A stretch of 64,000 nt of DNA, from contig OZ244650.1 in the NCBI GenBank assembly GCA_965218785.1, positions 1,184,001 through 1,248,000 on the forward strand. Reading direction: 5' to 3'. This DNA is from Nitrosopumilus sp. Lineage in GTDB: Archaea; Thermoproteota; Nitrososphaeria; Nitrososphaerales; Nitrosopumilaceae. A model generated the notes under the pieces. It was not told the DNA's origin. It saw only the letters and a program-made list of their open reading frames with translations, and ran no database searches. Positions 1 through 10,291 of the stretch are shown piece after piece (position 1 is the first letter of the stretch; each line of letters opens with the position of its first letter). Position numbers and translations under genes: made by a program.

Positions 1-52
1 TTACTACCCATAATCACACATTTTGAGATAAAATACTATATCGTCAAGTTTT

Positions 53-871
53 TCATGTACGTGGAGATTTCATGCCCCTTGTTGAAGTACAGTCGTACGC
101 ATGCTTCAAGCATTGCAGTATCAGATCAAAATTTGCTTCAATGATATCAATACTTCTTTCTTGACCCTCTTGGAAAAACCACCTAACACTACGAATTCTG
201 TCATCCTTAATGTCAAAAGAATCAGGACAAATTCTGAAACGAATCTCAGAACTTTTTTTATGGCATATTATACCTGAAAATTGTTGATTATTATGCATGC
301 AAAAATGATAATACCATGATTTGACAGCTAGAGGATAGGAATCAGAGCCAAATTTTGAATCTATTGCAGATATTAATTTTTCAATATTTTTCCTGTTCTG
401 TATAGTCGTCCAGCCTAACTTGTACTTCCAATCGCTAGACACATTTCCACGTTCTTGTTTATTAGAATTTTTACTGCCAGTAGAAATAGATGATTTTGAG
501 GGTTTTTTGGAATCAAATGTGTATTGTTTTCCAAAGTCATCATACTCCTTATGACAATCCCGGCACAAAAACATGAAAACGTCTTTGATGGGCATATGCA
601 ATTCCTTTATCTCGTTGAATAGTTTGTCAACATCTTCAACGACATATACGTCACCGTTCTTTGAGTATTTTTCAAGTGCCTTCCACATCAGAGTCTTTCG
701 ATCCATACCATGCTTGTGTGCTGCATCAAGAGAAGAGAAGGTTTTACCACATCTTTGACATCTATTACCTAGGGTATTCTTCTCAGATTTGGTCATAATT
801 GCAACAATATTTCTGACTTTTGGACCAAAAAGGGCATTGAATTCATCACATGTCCCTTCAAAACGAACCAT
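53..871 (-). CDS. HNH-type Zn-binding nuclease-like protein with C-terminal DUF5655-like domain
   Basis: CQRC...DAAHKH...LCRDCHKEYD pattern typical of HNH/McrA-like domains; S/K-rich linker; second globular domain. Confidence 0.55.
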   Translation of the reverse strand: MVRFEGTCDEFNALFGPKVRNIVAIMTKSEKNTLGNRCQRCGKTFSSLDAAHKHGMDRKTLMWKALEKYSKNGDVYVVEDVDKLFNEIKELHMPIKDVFMFLCRDCHKEYDDFGKQYTFDSKKPSKSSISTGSKNSNKQERGNVSSDWKYKLGWTTIQNRKNIEKLISAIDSKFGSDSYPLAVKSWYYHFCMHNNQQFSGIICHKKSSEIRFRICPDSFDIKDDRIRSVRWFFQEGQERSIDIIEANFDLILQCLKHAYDCTSTRGMKSPRT

Positions 872-1896
872 AACTAACGTTAAAGGCGCAGTATAAAAAG
901 ATCAACCATAGAACTTGCCAAAAACTTTTTTCCTGAAAACTCTTTTCTTCTGGAAAACTTTTTCAAAACTTTACAAAAACTTTTTTCTTCTGGAAAACCT
1001 TTCTCCAAAAGATCTCCAAACAAAATACTCATCCACGCCTGAAAGCTAAACCCCCTACACAAAACCACACTCACAGTCACAACACCATATTTTCAAAAAC
1101 CACCAATTACCGGGGGGGTTTAACACCCGTGCCTGCCCACAAAAGCCAACCCCCAAAACACCCCGCTAGCTCAGATAAACATGTATGATCTTTTATTGTT
1201 GTGCGTAAAAGCTAAACCCCATAATTTTTGTAAAAAAATAAAGAATTGATAGTCAAGCTACGGATTGTAATGCATGAAACTCCTGCAAGACAGGATTGAC
1301 AGATGACATACACCAACAATTGTTACAGTATACATGCCGGCATCAATGTAAGTAATCACAACTGATTTTTTTTGGTTGTAATTAATAGTCAGCAGGTATC
1401 AACTACACAAATCACCACCATTACCTGGCATAGATTGCCCGTACTACGGCATCCTGGCCATCATTAAATGACAGACAGCAGTTGCAACATAGTAATGCCT
1501 ACTCGAATAGACCAGCCAATGCAAACCCGCATCATAACTTAATCCAACGTCTGGCAACAAGTAAAGCCGCCTGAACCCATAAAACACCTTGGAAACTATA
1601 AAACCGGATTTATCATCAATTCAACTCAATATCCAATAGGCACCCAAGAAAATTTTGCCATAATCACCGAAAAGCACCACAACGGCCAGAAGATCATAAA
1701 ATCATGAAAATACAGTTATGGATCACTACCATGGGTCATAATCCAACATGCCGTGTAAATATGCATAAAATCTGCGAAAATTTTACTAAAAACTGCATAT
1801 CACCACATCCCCCCCACACACCCACCTCTGCCATTTTTGCACTGATCTGACTGCCCGTACCGTTTCAACTATATACTAAAAAATCAGGGAAAAAGC

Positions 1897-2382
1897 ATGG
1901 TACGACTCGTGATGGTGATCCTTTTTGGCGCAGTAATAGGATCCATGGCAATAGCGTTATTTGCATACACGCAATACCAAACAAACTACATTACATCAGT
2001 TGCAGGCCAGACTGTAACAGTCGGACCAGTAGAATACGTGATCACCTTTGATGGAACCCATGCCGGAAGCGAGTCAGTTACCCCGGAAAACGTCTTTGTA
2101 AAGATCGGAATTACCGCAAAAAACGTATCCAGCGAAGAAACCCTGATGACTGGAGGGCAGTTTTACTTTGTCGATGAAAACGATAAAAAACACAGGGCCG
2201 TTTACGGTGAATTTTCTGCAAAAGACCTGTATGAGGAATCCTTACAGCCAGATGAACCAATTGAGAGGACGACACAGTTTGATGTTCCATTTGATAAAGA
2301 ACAACAGTACGAAATAATCATAAGACCGCAAAAAATGCAATCAACACTCGATACTGCGGTTATTTGTATAACAAATTGCTGA
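1897..2382 (+). CDS. DUF4352-like membrane-anchored Ig-fold protein
   Basis: N-terminal TM helix; FVKIGITAKN...FYFVDEND...LQPDE...FDVP pattern. Confidence 0.65.
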   Translation: MVRLVMVILFGAVIGSMAIALFAYTQYQTNYITSVAGQTVTVGPVEYVITFDGTHAGSESVTPENVFVKIGITAKNVSSEETLMTGGQFYFVDENDKKHRAVYGEFSAKDLYEESLQPDEPIERTTQFDVPFDKEQQYEIIIRPQKMQSTLDTAVICITNC

Positions 2383-2483
2383 TCGCAAATTTACAAAATA
2401 AAAAAAAGTGTCAAATTTTACTATAAGTTGGGCAATTAAGTATGACCTTTGCTATATAACATCTATAACTTTTGGAAAAAGTC

Positions 2484-2879
2484 ATGGCAATATCTAAAGC
2501 CAAAAGAGCAGAAGCTGCAAAGAAAGGCGCAAGAACTCGCAAGAGGAATGCTGCCCGAAAAGCAGCTGATGCGGCAAAAGCATCGGGAACTCGTAAGAGA
2601 CGTGCAGCGGCAAAAAGAGCAGCCCCATCTCGAAAGAGAGCAGGCAGCACACGCCGTGCAGCTCCCAAGAGAAAGTCTGCAGCAAAGCGCAAGGCGGCAC
2701 CAAGAAGAAAGTCCGCAGCAAAGCGTAAAGCAGCACCAAGACGCAAGGCGGCACCAAGACGCCGTGCAGCTCCCAAGAGAAAGTCTGCAGCAAAGCGCAA
2801 GGCGGCACCAAAAAGAAAGGCGGCGCCAAGACGCAAAGCAGCACCAAAAAGAAAGGCAGCTAAACGAAGAAAACGTTAA
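2484..2879 (+). CDS. Histone H1-like / Hc2-like K/R/A-rich basic repeat protein
   Basis: Almost entirely K/R/A/P/S with (K/R)RKAAP and KRKSAA hexapeptide repeats; ATG at 2484 after a TATA-like tatataa; followed by a T-rich tract. Confidence 0.75.
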   Translation: MAISKAKRAEAAKKGARTRKRNAARKAADAAKASGTRKRRAAAKRAAPSRKRAGSTRRAAPKRKSAAKRKAAPRRKSAAKRKAAPRRKAAPRRRAAPKRKSAAKRKAAPKRKAAPRRKAAPKRKAAKRRKR

Positions 2880-2883
2880 GCTG

Positions 2884-2900
2884 TCTTTATTTTTTTATTT
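2884..2900 (+). terminator. Oligo-T archaeal terminator
   Basis: tctttatttttttattt immediately after the stop of the basic protein gene. Confidence 0.45.
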
Positions 2901-2939
2901 ATTAATCATTTCTAAACTCGAGTTTAGAAACATTGAAAC

Positions 2940-3356
2940 CTACTCGCTGGTTTTTAATTCAGGCATGACAAAAACCCTGTCTGGTTTGATTTTTAGAATC
3001 ACCCGCCTCTCATCATCGCGTCTAAACGGATAATGCAGGCGATTCAGGTATTTTTGTGTGAGTTTGTCTGCATGTTTGTAATCGTAATCAGGGATCAGCT
3101 CCTCAACTGTTCCGCGAATTGTCGCCATATCAAGCGGATCGTCTTTTGATACTACAGATACTGCAACGCGCGGATCGCGTAGGACGTTTTTGTGTTTTAT
3201 CCGTCCCTCGGCCGTGTTTACCATCACGTACCCGTCATCGTAGTTTGCCCAGACTGGGGAGACCTGTGGGGAGCCATCCCTCATCACCGTGGCAATAAAA
3301 ACAAGGTTTCGATCAGAAAACAGCCGTATTGCCTTTTCATCCATCATCGTTATCAT
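2940..3356 (-). CDS. PPOX-class F420-dependent oxidoreductase / pyridoxamine 5'-phosphate oxidase family
   Basis: IATVMRDGSPQVSPVW...KHKNVLRDPRVAVSV motif. Confidence 0.85.
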   Translation of the reverse strand: MITMMDEKAIRLFSDRNLVFIATVMRDGSPQVSPVWANYDDGYVMVNTAEGRIKHKNVLRDPRVAVSVVSKDDPLDMATIRGTVEELIPDYDYKHADKLTQKYLNRLHYPFRRDDERRVILKIKPDRVFVMPELKTSE

Positions 3357-3862
3357 CAGCTGCTGCCAGACTTTTCAAGAACATTAGTCATTGCCCGGTT
3401 CATAATCTCCATTACGAGATACTGGGAATAATCCTCAGATCTTTTGTTGTTCTTGGATTTGCCAGTCTTGGGTGTCAGATTTTTGAGGATCTTTTCAATC
3501 TTGACTGACGTATTGTCGATCACCTTTGAGTATTTTGAATCAAAATCCTCCGGAGTCTGAAAACCCAGCAGTTTGGTGGACGTGCCATAAAATTTTGTTA
3601 TCGCGCCACGGGATTCCTCGATTTTGACGATTTCAATCAGTCCGGAGACCTTTAGAATTTCCAGGTGGTGGCGGATTGTTGTGAGGGCCTTTGTGTGCCC
3701 TGCCTTTTTTAGAGCCTCGGAGATCTGCTCGGCAGAAAGCGCCTGGTGGTATAAAATTTCCACGGTCTTGGCCCTTATGGGATCTTCAATTGCACGCGCA
3801 TGATCCAGACTGGTAGTAACGATGCGGTTTACCTTGATTGGTTTTTCTAGTAATGTTGACAT
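3356..3862 (-). CDS. ArsR-like winged-helix transcriptional regulator
   Basis: RAIEDPIRAKTVEIL...TTIRHHLEILKVSGLI HTH; 1-nt overlap with the PPOX gene. Confidence 0.8.
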   Translation of the reverse strand: MSTLLEKPIKVNRIVTTSLDHARAIEDPIRAKTVEILYHQALSAEQISEALKKAGHTKALTTIRHHLEILKVSGLIEIVKIEESRGAITKFYGTSTKLLGFQTPEDFDSKYSKVIDNTSVKIEKILKNLTPKTGKSKNNKRSEDYSQYLVMEIMNRAMTNVLEKSGSS

Positions 3863-3950
3863 GTAAGATTAGGTTAATCTTTGATCTAAAAGATCCTTGT
3901 ATCATATTTTTTTGTCTAATAGCATTAATTTTTTTTTGCTACTAGAGAAC

Positions 3951-4062
3951 TCATAGTGCTATAAAATGATTAGAACCAATACGGGAAAAGTCATAGTACT
4001 AAAATAATTAAACCAATATAGGAAATATCATAGCAGATCAATTAAAGTCATAGCACTATGAT
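3951..4062. promoter_or_regulatory. Iterated TCATAG(T/C)(A/G)CTA operator-like boxes upstream of the ArsR gene
   Basis: Copies at 3951, 3991, 4028 (degenerate) and 4048 (palindromic TCATAGcaCTATGA). Confidence 0.45.
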
Positions 4063-4249
4063 AATATTGGGAATGGTATGATTAAATTAACTGGCTTGTA
4101 GTAATTGTTGTAGCGGTCTTGAAAATATCAAAAAACGGCAAACGACAGATGATATCTCCCAAAATGCCGTACTGATGCGCACTTGGGGGATGATTCGGGG
4201 ATGCGATTCGAGTTAAAACTCGGTTAGGGCAGACGTCAGGTACGGATTG

Positions 4250-5077
4250 TTATAATTTATGCCCGGTCAGTCTTTCATATGCTGCAATGTAGCGTTGTGT
4301 CATCTTTTCAACGATGTGACCGGGGATCATCGGAGGTACGGGCCGGTTTCCCGCACTGCGCGCATCATCGAACTGTTTTTGATAGCCGTTTGCAGCAAGC
4401 CAGTCACGCAAAATCTGTTTGTCGTAGGCATCCTGGATGCATCCAACCTCAAAAGAGTCCTTTGGCCATAAACGGTATTCGTCAGGACCAATCGAATCCC
4501 CCAAGGTGATTTGATCATTTAAAATTCCAAACTCTAGTTTCAAGTCTGCCAAGATAAAGCCGGCAGAGTCGGCAGTCTTTGTCATCCTGTTGTAGATTCC
4601 AATGGATGTCTTCTCCAGCCAGGAATACTGATCCGCAGTAACCAGATTCATCCCAAGTGCCCGTGTCTTGTTGATTGGGATGTCGTGCTCTGATTTTGTC
4701 GTGGGATCAAAAATCGGTTCGGGGAGTTTTGCGGCCAGTTTTGTTATGGTTTCATCGGGTAGTTGAATCCCGCCGTTTTTCCACCTCTCTGCCAGACTCC
4801 CATAAAAGTAGCCCCGGACCACACATTCGATTGGAAGCATCCGCATCTTTTTTACGATGATTTCAGTATCTGACTTGCGTTTAAGAAAGTGGTTTGGAGT
4901 AGGCGATAGTTCGTTGAACCAAAACTCTGCAAACTTGCACAAGACCCTGCCTTTATCTGGAATCTCCTGTTTGAACTTTACATCATATGCAGATACCCGG
5001 TTTGAGAATTTGAAGAGAAGCGTATTCTCATCTATATCGTAAATGTCCTTTACCTTTCCACTTGTAAGAAACTTCAA
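4250..5077 (-). CDS. purC: Phosphoribosylaminoimidazole-succinocarboxamide synthase
   Basis: [44 protein letters not shown] motifs. Confidence 0.95.
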   Translation of the reverse strand: MKFLTSGKVKDIYDIDENTLLFKFSNRVSAYDVKFKQEIPDKGRVLCKFAEFWFNELSPTPNHFLKRKSDTEIIVKKMRMLPIECVVRGYFYGSLAERWKNGGIQLPDETITKLAAKLPEPIFDPTTKSEHDIPINKTRALGMNLVTADQYSWLEKTSIGIYNRMTKTADSAGFILADLKLEFGILNDQITLGDSIGPDEYRLWPKDSFEVGCIQDAYDKQILRDWLAANGYQKQFDDARSAGNRPVPPMIPGHIVEKMTQRYIAAYERLTGHKL

Positions 5078-5555
5078 ACAGTCAGGGCTTGTTTTTGTTA
5101 TAATTTAACTGCTAAGAATCGATGATTTCAGGCATACAGCAGTAAAACAGACTAGACTTTGATGCCATTATTCAAGAAGAACAGCTGTTTTTGCAGTCTT
5201 TTGGAGTAATGTGATCCATCAGACAGATCGGGCTCGTACTCCGGTAAAAATGGCAGTCAGGTGCAGCCTAGGGCAACGCAGAATATCAAAACGGCTCAGA
5301 ATTGCCGGTCATGACAAATCAGGAAAAGTCACACATGTATTATTCCAGTAATCAGCACCAGATGGATTTGACTGCCAACTAGAGATACCACAAGTTGTGT
5401 GAAACCAAAAAGACGACACAAATAATTAATGTGACTGGCAAAAAATACGACCGGCAGGAAAATGACCTGAATAGTCGGTTGTATTACCTGCAGTGGTCTT
5501 AAACAAACAGATCAAGTCACAAAGGCATCCATTCAAGATACCCGTAATAAAATCA

Positions 5556-5855
5556 TCACGCGTCATCCTGCCTTACCACGACACCGTTCCAAAATGCCAC
5601 CATCCCCTTGATCTTCATGGCAGCATCATTTGGCTGGGCGTAATACCACGCACAGTCCCTGTTGGTTTTTCCATTGACTGTAACTGAATAATAATTTGCC
5701 ATGCCCTTCCAGCCGCAAAGCGATGTCATCTCAGTCTTTAGAAAATATTCTGCTTTTATAGAATCAGCTGGAAAATAATGATTTCCCTCAACTAGTACGG
5801 TCTTGTCACTCTGAGCTATTACCACGTCATTCCAGACTGCCTGCATGCTATTCAC
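5556..5855 (-). CDS. DUF427 domain protein
   Basis: VEGNHYFP...CGWKGMANYY...AWYY...VAFW. Confidence 0.85.
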   Translation of the reverse strand: MNSMQAVWNDVVIAQSDKTVLVEGNHYFPADSIKAEYFLKTEMTSLCGWKGMANYYSVTVNGKTNRDCAWYYAQPNDAAMKIKGMVAFWNGVVVRQDDA

Positions 5856-7281
5856 CCTTCATCTCCTTTCTGCTTTTAAATTCCGGGGAGATTCCAAGGG
5901 ATTCATAATTGCCTGACGAGCATGTAAAACACATCGAATCAAAGGGAATCCCGACTGCCGCTGCAAGATTTTCAGCGTCGTTATACCCCAAAAAGTCCGC
6001 GCCGATGTCATGCCGTACCATCTCTGTAATCTCCTTCTCTGTCATCTCTTTTCCGTTTGAAAAAGTCGCAAGCTCCTCCTGTGATGGAAAATCAATGCCG
6101 GCATAACAAGGAAACCGGATTGGCGGGTATGTAATTAGCATGCTGATCTTCTTGGCACCGGCCCGGCGCAGCGCCTTGTTTATCGCCTTTGAACTGGTAC
6201 CACGAACCAGGCTGTCATCAATTACAACTATGTGTTTTCCCTCAATTATCTCCCGAATTGGCATTATCCACCGATTGATCTCTATTCTGTCAGTCTGGTG
6301 TGGTTCGATAAAACTTCGCAGCGGTCCTTTTTTGCTGTATCTGTCCTTGAGTAATCCCTCATCAAATGATACGCCAAGTTCCTGTGCATATCCAAGTGCG
6401 GCAGGTCTTGCAGAATCAGGTACGGGTATCACCAAATCCGCATCAGAGATAGGGAATTTCCTTGCCAGAAACCTGCCAATATTTTTTCTTGCGACGTATA
6501 TGTTGGTGCCCTCCATGTTGCTTGACGGATGTGCAAAATAGGTAAACTCGAAAGAACAGTGCGCTCGCGTGACATCATCAGAAAATCGCTCAGTCTCCAG
6601 TCCGTCCTGGCTCAACCGGATCAGCTCGCCTGGATTCACGTTTCGCTCCAGTGTTGCACCCACCGCAGAGAGTGCCGAGGATTCAGATGCAACGATGAAT
6701 GTGTCATCTGCCTTTTTGTGTCCCAGGACCATCGGACGAAACCCCTTGGGATCACGCGCGGCGTAAACTGAACTGTCATCAGAGAGGAATGTAAAGCAGT
6801 AGGACCCGACCATCTCGTTTTTCAGAACAGAGAGCGCCTTTCCCATCTGCCCCTGTTCTGAGATCAGTGATACGAGCCTCTGTGCTGCAACAAGCGTGTC
6901 ACTTGCGTTTTGAGGCGTAAATGTACAGCCACCAACAAGATTTGATAGCTCCTCGACGTTTGTAATCGTCCCGTTGTGTGCGATACACAGGTCCTTTACC
7001 CTGAGCGGCTGCGCGTTCTCTAGGGAGCTTTTTCCCATTGTTGAATAACGCACGTGTCCGATTACGGCAGGAGACGCATAGTCAGATGCAATCGTTTTAA
7101 ATTCGGATGATGCCGCAGATACCAGCCCCAATTTTTTAAACGGGGTTTTGTTTGGGACTGCCAGCCCCCAGGCCTCCTGTCCCCTGTGCTGCAGTGCACG
7201 CAGCGCGTCAATTGCCATTGGGATCACGTTGATGCCGCTCTTGCTGTATATGCCAACCACGCCGCAGTTTTCCTTAACCAT
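5848..7281 (-). CDS. purF: Amidophosphoribosyltransferase
   Basis: CGVVG N-terminus, LQHRGQE, GHVRYST, VIDDSLVRGT PRTase motif. Confidence 0.97.
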   Translation of the reverse strand: MVKENCGVVGIYSKSGINVIPMAIDALRALQHRGQEAWGLAVPNKTPFKKLGLVSAASSEFKTIASDYASPAVIGHVRYSTMGKSSLENAQPLRVKDLCIAHNGTITNVEELSNLVGGCTFTPQNASDTLVAAQRLVSLISEQGQMGKALSVLKNEMVGSYCFTFLSDDSSVYAARDPKGFRPMVLGHKKADDTFIVASESSALSAVGATLERNVNPGELIRLSQDGLETERFSDDVTRAHCSFEFTYFAHPSSNMEGTNIYVARKNIGRFLARKFPISDADLVIPVPDSARPAALGYAQELGVSFDEGLLKDRYSKKGPLRSFIEPHQTDRIEINRWIMPIREIIEGKHIVVIDDSLVRGTSSKAINKALRRAGAKKISMLITYPPIRFPCYAGIDFPSQEELATFSNGKEMTEKEITEMVRHDIGADFLGYNDAENLAAAVGIPFDSMCFTCSSGNYESLGISPEFKSRKEMKGE

Positions 7282-9445
7282 AATGTACCAGTCTCCTCAA
7301 CGAGTTTAACCAGGTTTTCTGCGTCTTATCAACGCTTAGATTAATCAGCTGTTTTTCTCCCCTGCTAAACCGGATCCGCTCTCCGGTAAACACGCCGATT
7401 TGACTAAATGACACGCCCCTTTCTTTAAGCAGCGTCTCCAATTTTTTGAGATTCTCAGGGGATGCCACCAGCAGGTAACGGGAATGACTCTCAGAGAAGA
7501 GAAGCCTGTCATCTGCGAGTTCTTCTCCGGGGACTGTATCCAGGGATATCATACAGCCGATTTTATTAGTCATGCAAAGTTCTGATACTGCCACTGCCAG
7601 TCCGCCTTTTGAGCAGTCGTGTGCGGATTTTAGCAGCAGTTTTTTTACAGAGTCTAGCACCGCGTTTATGTTCTTTTTGGATTTGGCAAAATCCACGACG
7701 GGGCACGTCCCCCCCACGAATTTATGAATATATTCAAAGTACTCTGATCCGCCCATCTCGTTTCTAGTCTCACCGACAATCACCAGACAGTCGTCTGCAA
7801 TAATTTTTTGAGGTACAAGCGGTTTTTCATCTATTAGTCCCAGAACGCCAATTAACGGGGTGGGTTTTATCGGGCCAGCCGCTGTCTCGTTATACATGCT
7901 GACCTTTCCACCAATACAGGGTATCTCCATATATGTTGCAAAGTCTGCCAGACCTTTCAGTGATTCTAGAAACGTCCAAAAGATTTCAGGATCCCTTGGA
8001 TTCCCAAACTGGAGGTGATCAAGCATGCCGACGGGCCTTGCCCCGGTGCACACCACGTTTCTGCATGCCTCCTCAAAGCACCCGATTGCGCCCTCCCGCG
8101 GGTTGAGATAGCACTGTTTTGGATTGCCATCAACTGTTACAGAAAGAAATTTCCCGTTATCTAGCCTCAGCACGGATGCATCATGCCCCGGTTTTACGAC
8201 TGTTCTGATTCCCACCTCGTGGTCATACTGGCCGTACACCCATATCCTGCTTGCAATATTCGGGGAGGCAAGCAGCATCGTCATGGTTTTAGAGTAATCA
8301 TCGGGGTTCTCACATTTGAGTTTCTCTTCGAGTTGTATCTCATCCAGATAACCGGGTCTTTTGGATGGCAGGTCAAGGAGTGTGGCATTTGCCACAACAT
8401 CTGCAGGAAGGCGCGCAAATGTCTGCTCGCCCTTTTTTATATGCACGTTATTATCAGATGTCACCACACCGATAACGGGACACGCAATGCGGAATTTCTC
8501 GCAGATCTCTTGTAGTTGTTTTAGCTTTGTGTCATCTGTGATTATCAGCATTCTTTCCTGTGATTCAGACACCATGATCTCATCTGGACGCATGTCGGAC
8601 TCGCGCGTATGCACCAGGTCAACGTCTATCTGCATTCCGATTTTTAATGCATCTGCAGTCTCTGAAACCGCGCATGAGAGACCTCCGCCGCCAAGATCCT
8701 TTATGGCATGGACAAGCCCGCAGCGTCTGGCCTCGATTACTGCCTCGATGATCAGCTTTTCAATAAACGGGTCTGGTATCTGCACTGCCGAGCGGTTCTC
8801 AGATTCCAGGGAATCAGATGCAAACTGGGATCCGCCTATGCCGTCCCTGCCGGTGGGGCCCCCCAGCAGGACCACCAGATCCCCCTCTGCTGCATGGTTT
8901 TTTATCAGGTTTGCCTTTTTTCCAAACCCGACTGCCGCAACGTCAACTAGCGCGTAGTTCGTATAACAGTCGTCGAATTCAACCTCGCCGCCAACTGTTG
9001 GAATGCCCAGGCAGTTTCCATAGTCGGCAATGCCGGTGACGGCGTTTTTGAAGAGCCATCTTGCATGCGGATCCTTTTTGATGTCACCAAAGCGCAGCCC
9101 GTTGAGAATCGCAATCGGCCGTGTCCCGGCAGACAGTATATCCCGGATGACTCCGCCAACACCGGTGGCGGCACCGCCGTACGGTTCGACTGCCGACGGA
9201 TGGTTGTGGCTTTCAATGTGTGCCGTAACAACATAGCCGTCACCGACATCCAGAACTCCCGAATCGTACCCCTTTTCATAAATGACAAGCGGTCCGGTCA
9301 TTGGAAGTATCTTGAGGTGTTTTTTTGATGACTTGTACGAACAGTGCTCAGACCACTCTGCTGCCACTATCTGCAGTTCAGTTGCAGTCGGCATCCTGCC
9401 GATCTTTGATTTTAACTCGGAGAGCTCTCCGGATTCCAGACTCAG
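7274..9445 (-). CDS. purL: FGAM synthase subunit PurL (probable CTG start at 9445; first ATG at 9394)
   Basis: WSEHCSYKS, ESHNHPS, DLGGGGL, SESQERM; frame stays open 17 codons upstream to a CTG overlapping the purQ stop. Confidence 0.95.
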   Translation of the reverse strand: MSLESGELSELKSKIGRMPTATELQIVAAEWSEHCSYKSSKKHLKILPMTGPLVIYEKGYDSGVLDVGDGYVVTAHIESHNHPSAVEPYGGAATGVGGVIRDILSAGTRPIAILNGLRFGDIKKDPHARWLFKNAVTGIADYGNCLGIPTVGGEVEFDDCYTNYALVDVAAVGFGKKANLIKNHAAEGDLVVLLGGPTGRDGIGGSQFASDSLESENRSAVQIPDPFIEKLIIEAVIEARRCGLVHAIKDLGGGGLSCAVSETADALKIGMQIDVDLVHTRESDMRPDEIMVSESQERMLIITDDTKLKQLQEICEKFRIACPVIGVVTSDNNVHIKKGEQTFARLPADVVANATLLDLPSKRPGYLDEIQLEEKLKCENPDDYSKTMTMLLASPNIASRIWVYGQYDHEVGIRTVVKPGHDASVLRLDNGKFLSVTVDGNPKQCYLNPREGAIGCFEEACRNVVCTGARPVGMLDHLQFGNPRDPEIFWTFLESLKGLADFATYMEIPCIGGKVSMYNETAAGPIKPTPLIGVLGLIDEKPLVPQKIIADDCLVIVGETRNEMGGSEYFEYIHKFVGGTCPVVDFAKSKKNINAVLDSVKKLLLKSAHDCSKGGLAVAVSELCMTNKIGCMISLDTVPGEELADDRLLFSESHSRYLLVASPENLKKLETLLKERGVSFSQIGVFTGERIRFSRGEKQLINLSVDKTQKTWLNSLRRLVHYG

Positions 9446-10143
9446 TTATCAACACCTGCCTTTCTTAACATGGACTCGAAGATCAGCGCGGATGGCCTGC
9501 TGTCAGCGGGGTTTATCTCCGATTCCACCGCCCTCTCCGGGTGGGGCATCATGCCGACAACGTTGCCATCCTCGTTACAGACGCCTGCAATCTGATTCGA
9601 GGAGCCGTTTACAGCACGATCATATCTGAATACGATCTGGTTTTTTTTACATAGTTGTTTTAGGGTGTCATCATCGGTGTAGTACCTGCCTTCCCCGTTT
9701 GCGATGGGGATTGGAATTCGGTCATGCAGTCCGAATTTATTTGTAAATGCAGTCGTGTTGTTCTCAACTATCAGGCTGGTCCATTCACACATAAAGTTAA
9801 GCGAGTTATTTTTGAGCAGGGCTCCCGGAAGCAGTCCGGATTCAACTAGGATTTGAAATCCGTTGCATACGCCAAGGACGGGCATTCCTTTTTCTGCCAT
9901 TTTTTGTATGTCTTTTATGACCGTACTGTGGGCTGCAATTGCCCCGGCCCGGAGCCTATCCCCATAAGAGAAGCCGCCTGGAAGAATTACGGCATCAATG
10001 TCTTTTGGGAGTGGCTTCTCATGCCAGCAGTACCGGGCATCAAGATTAAAGACGTCGCTCAAAACATGATACATGTCACGATCGCAGTTACTGCCTGGAA
10101 AAACTACAACTCCGACCTTCACAGAACTAGTTACATCTGGCAA
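9442..10143 (-). CDS. purQ: FGAM synthase glutaminase subunit
   Basis: FPGSNCD, PGGFSYGD, GVCNGFQIL, MMPHPER. Confidence 0.97.
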   Translation of the reverse strand: MPDVTSSVKVGVVVFPGSNCDRDMYHVLSDVFNLDARYCWHEKPLPKDIDAVILPGGFSYGDRLRAGAIAAHSTVIKDIQKMAEKGMPVLGVCNGFQILVESGLLPGALLKNNSLNFMCEWTSLIVENNTTAFTNKFGLHDRIPIPIANGEGRYYTDDDTLKQLCKKNQIVFRYDRAVNGSSNQIAGVCNEDGNVVGMMPHPERAVESEINPADSRPSALIFESMLRKAGVDN

Positions 10144-10291
10144 TATTTAATCTGAATCGTGGCAAAGACAAGCGATCTGGCAGTAAGGATATGTCACGTG
10201 TTATCGATTTCCAGCCAGAATAATGGTAACAGGCCGTAATCGTGTGTTCCACATGTGTGAAACATGATAGGATCATATGAATCCGGTAAGA

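Noticed and set aside
1080-1890. Long intergenic region as a possible RNA gene or replication origin
   Set aside because: No tRNA/rRNA fold or ORB-like repeat recognised, and no cdc6 nearby
2411-3033. Overlapping ORFs 2411-2836 (-), 2449-3033 (+) and 2494-2847 (-)
   Set aside because: Frame shadows of the K/R/A repeat gene
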